In this document: positions 62,654-64,000 of the stretch, piece after piece
Numbering within the stretch: the stretch's first letter is position 1
How the letters are laid out: each line of letters opens with the position of its first letter
Origin: Raillietiella orientalis
Lineage: Eukaryota
Direction: 5' to 3'
Assembly (NCBI GenBank): GCA_036172245.1
Contig: JAYWIR010000006.1
Coordinates: forward strand, 5,580,001-5,644,000
Length of the DNA stretch: 64,000 nt
Program-made: the position numbers and the translations under genes
The notes under the pieces: model-generated
What the model saw: the letters and a program-made list of their open reading frames with translations, nothing else
Told to the model about the DNA's origin: nothing
Databases searched by the model: none

Positions 62654-63169
62654 ATGGTGACGGAGGGAGCGAAGATGCCGCTGCGGTCCGCGTCTCCGGT
62701 GCTGCTCGCGTACCCGTCCCTGCCCCCTGCCTTCCTGAACGGCGGCGGCGACCTGGCGGCAGCCCACGCGTCCAAGAAGGAGGACGACGGCCCTCCCGCC
62801 CACCACCACCACCACCACCACCACCATCACCACCACCACCATCCGGTTCCCTCGTGGGAAAGGGACAACGCTGCGTCGGCGGACAGCGACGCCGGCAAGC
62901 CCCAGCCCGCCCCCGCGCCCGCGGGCACGCTGGCCGCCGGCGCCACCGCCAGGGGCCAGGACGAACCCCCACCCCCCGGATCGAAGGTCCCTAAGCGTCC
63001 CTGCCGCAAGAACGCCTGGGGCAACCTGTCCTACGCCGACCTCATCACACAGGCCATCCAGAGCTCCGCCGAGAAGCGCCTCACCCTCTCCCAGATCTAC
63101 GACTGGATGGTCCACAACATCCCCTACTTCAAGGACAAGGGAGACAGCAACAGCTCCGCCGGGTGGAAG
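62654..63169 (+). CDS. FoxO: FoxO copy B first coding exon (172 codons); remainder, if any, lies beyond the window
   Basis: Strong Kozak context GCC-ATG-G, a 14-His run, then [55 protein letters not shown]. Donor GTAAGA at 63170, at the same phase-0 position as copy A. Confidence 0.92.
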
Positions 63170-64000
63170 GTAAGAGGGCGTGGCGCGAGCAAACGACCCC
63201 CCTGACCCCTTCAGCCTCACTGTCCCCTTTCCCTTCCCTCCCCCTTCCGTCGCATGAGAGTGGACCGAGACTGGGCCGCCCCTGCGGGACCCGGTATCGT
63301 CTTGCCTCCTCCCCCTCTCTGGGATCCAGTTCCCGGGAATGCGTTCTCGGGCCGGGGGCGAGTGCGCGGCAGGCCGCCGCCGCCGCCGCCGCCGCCGCCT
63401 CCGCCGCCTCTTGGCCTTCCCCCCCGCAGCGGGGCGGGCGCGTCCGCCTTCCCTCTGTTGCCTTCGTAACGGGAGCGCCGCCGCCGCCGCCGCCGCCACC
63501 GCCGCTCCGATACATTGTATCATCCGCGGGGGAGGATTTATGCGCCCGGCGGGCCCGCGCGCGCCCCCGGCCGCGCCGCCGTATATCACTCACGGGGCGG
63601 GGAGGGCTAACTGAGGGTTGCCGCGGCGCGGGCGGGCCCTCCGGCGCGCGCGCGCGCGGCTCCCCCACGGTCGGTCGGATCGACGTTCCTCTCCCCTCTT
63701 CCTTCCTTCCTTCCTTCCTTCCCGACAAGCTGACCGACTGCCAGAGGACCGGCCGCCGCTGCTGCTGCTGCAGGTGGTGGCGGGGTCGGGCGCAACCCGG
63801 AGGGCCGGCGAAGGGAAAAAGATCCTCCCTCCGCCATCGCCGCTCGATCACGTGCTGCGCCGCTTCCCCCGTCCTCCCGGAGGCTGCGACCCGGACGTCG
63901 CTTTCGCCCGGAGCCACCGCCGTTGCCCCAGCAGCCGGCTCGTGAGGAAGGCGGTGGCTGCCGGGCGCTCCTGTCCCTTCCCTTTCCCCGAAAGGGCCCG

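Overview
Eukaryotic animal genomic DNA, probably arthropod judging from the FoxO sequence; no prokaryotic, rRNA, tRNA or CRISPR features were seen. Bases 1 to ~6.9 kb are AT-rich and CpG-poor and hold three tightly packed genes with very short (41-65 nt) introns: the 3' part of an OTUD4/ALG13-like OTU+Tudor gene (+), mitochondrial ABCB7/ATM1 (-, 7 exons, 679 aa) and SETD4 (-). From ~7 kb the sequence turns abruptly GC- and CpG-rich. This part carries a complete 3-exon FoxO gene on the minus strand (32320..17927, 611 aa, 12-kb first intron). About 30 kb away on the opposite strand is a second FoxO first coding exon (62654..63169) with an unrelated N-terminus that has a poly-His tract and no N-terminal Akt motif. 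Its forkhead half and first 15 intron bases match the first copy at 167/174 nt, so the two form an inverted repeat around a ~31-kb block. Intergenic DNA contains heavily decayed Ty3/Gypsy-like remnants with a shared LTR-like repeat, a perfect 21-bp hairpin, diverged tandem repeats and a cluster of FoxO-binding motifs. Most long ORFs in the GC-rich part look like compositional artefacts. All family assignments come from recalled motifs, not database searches.
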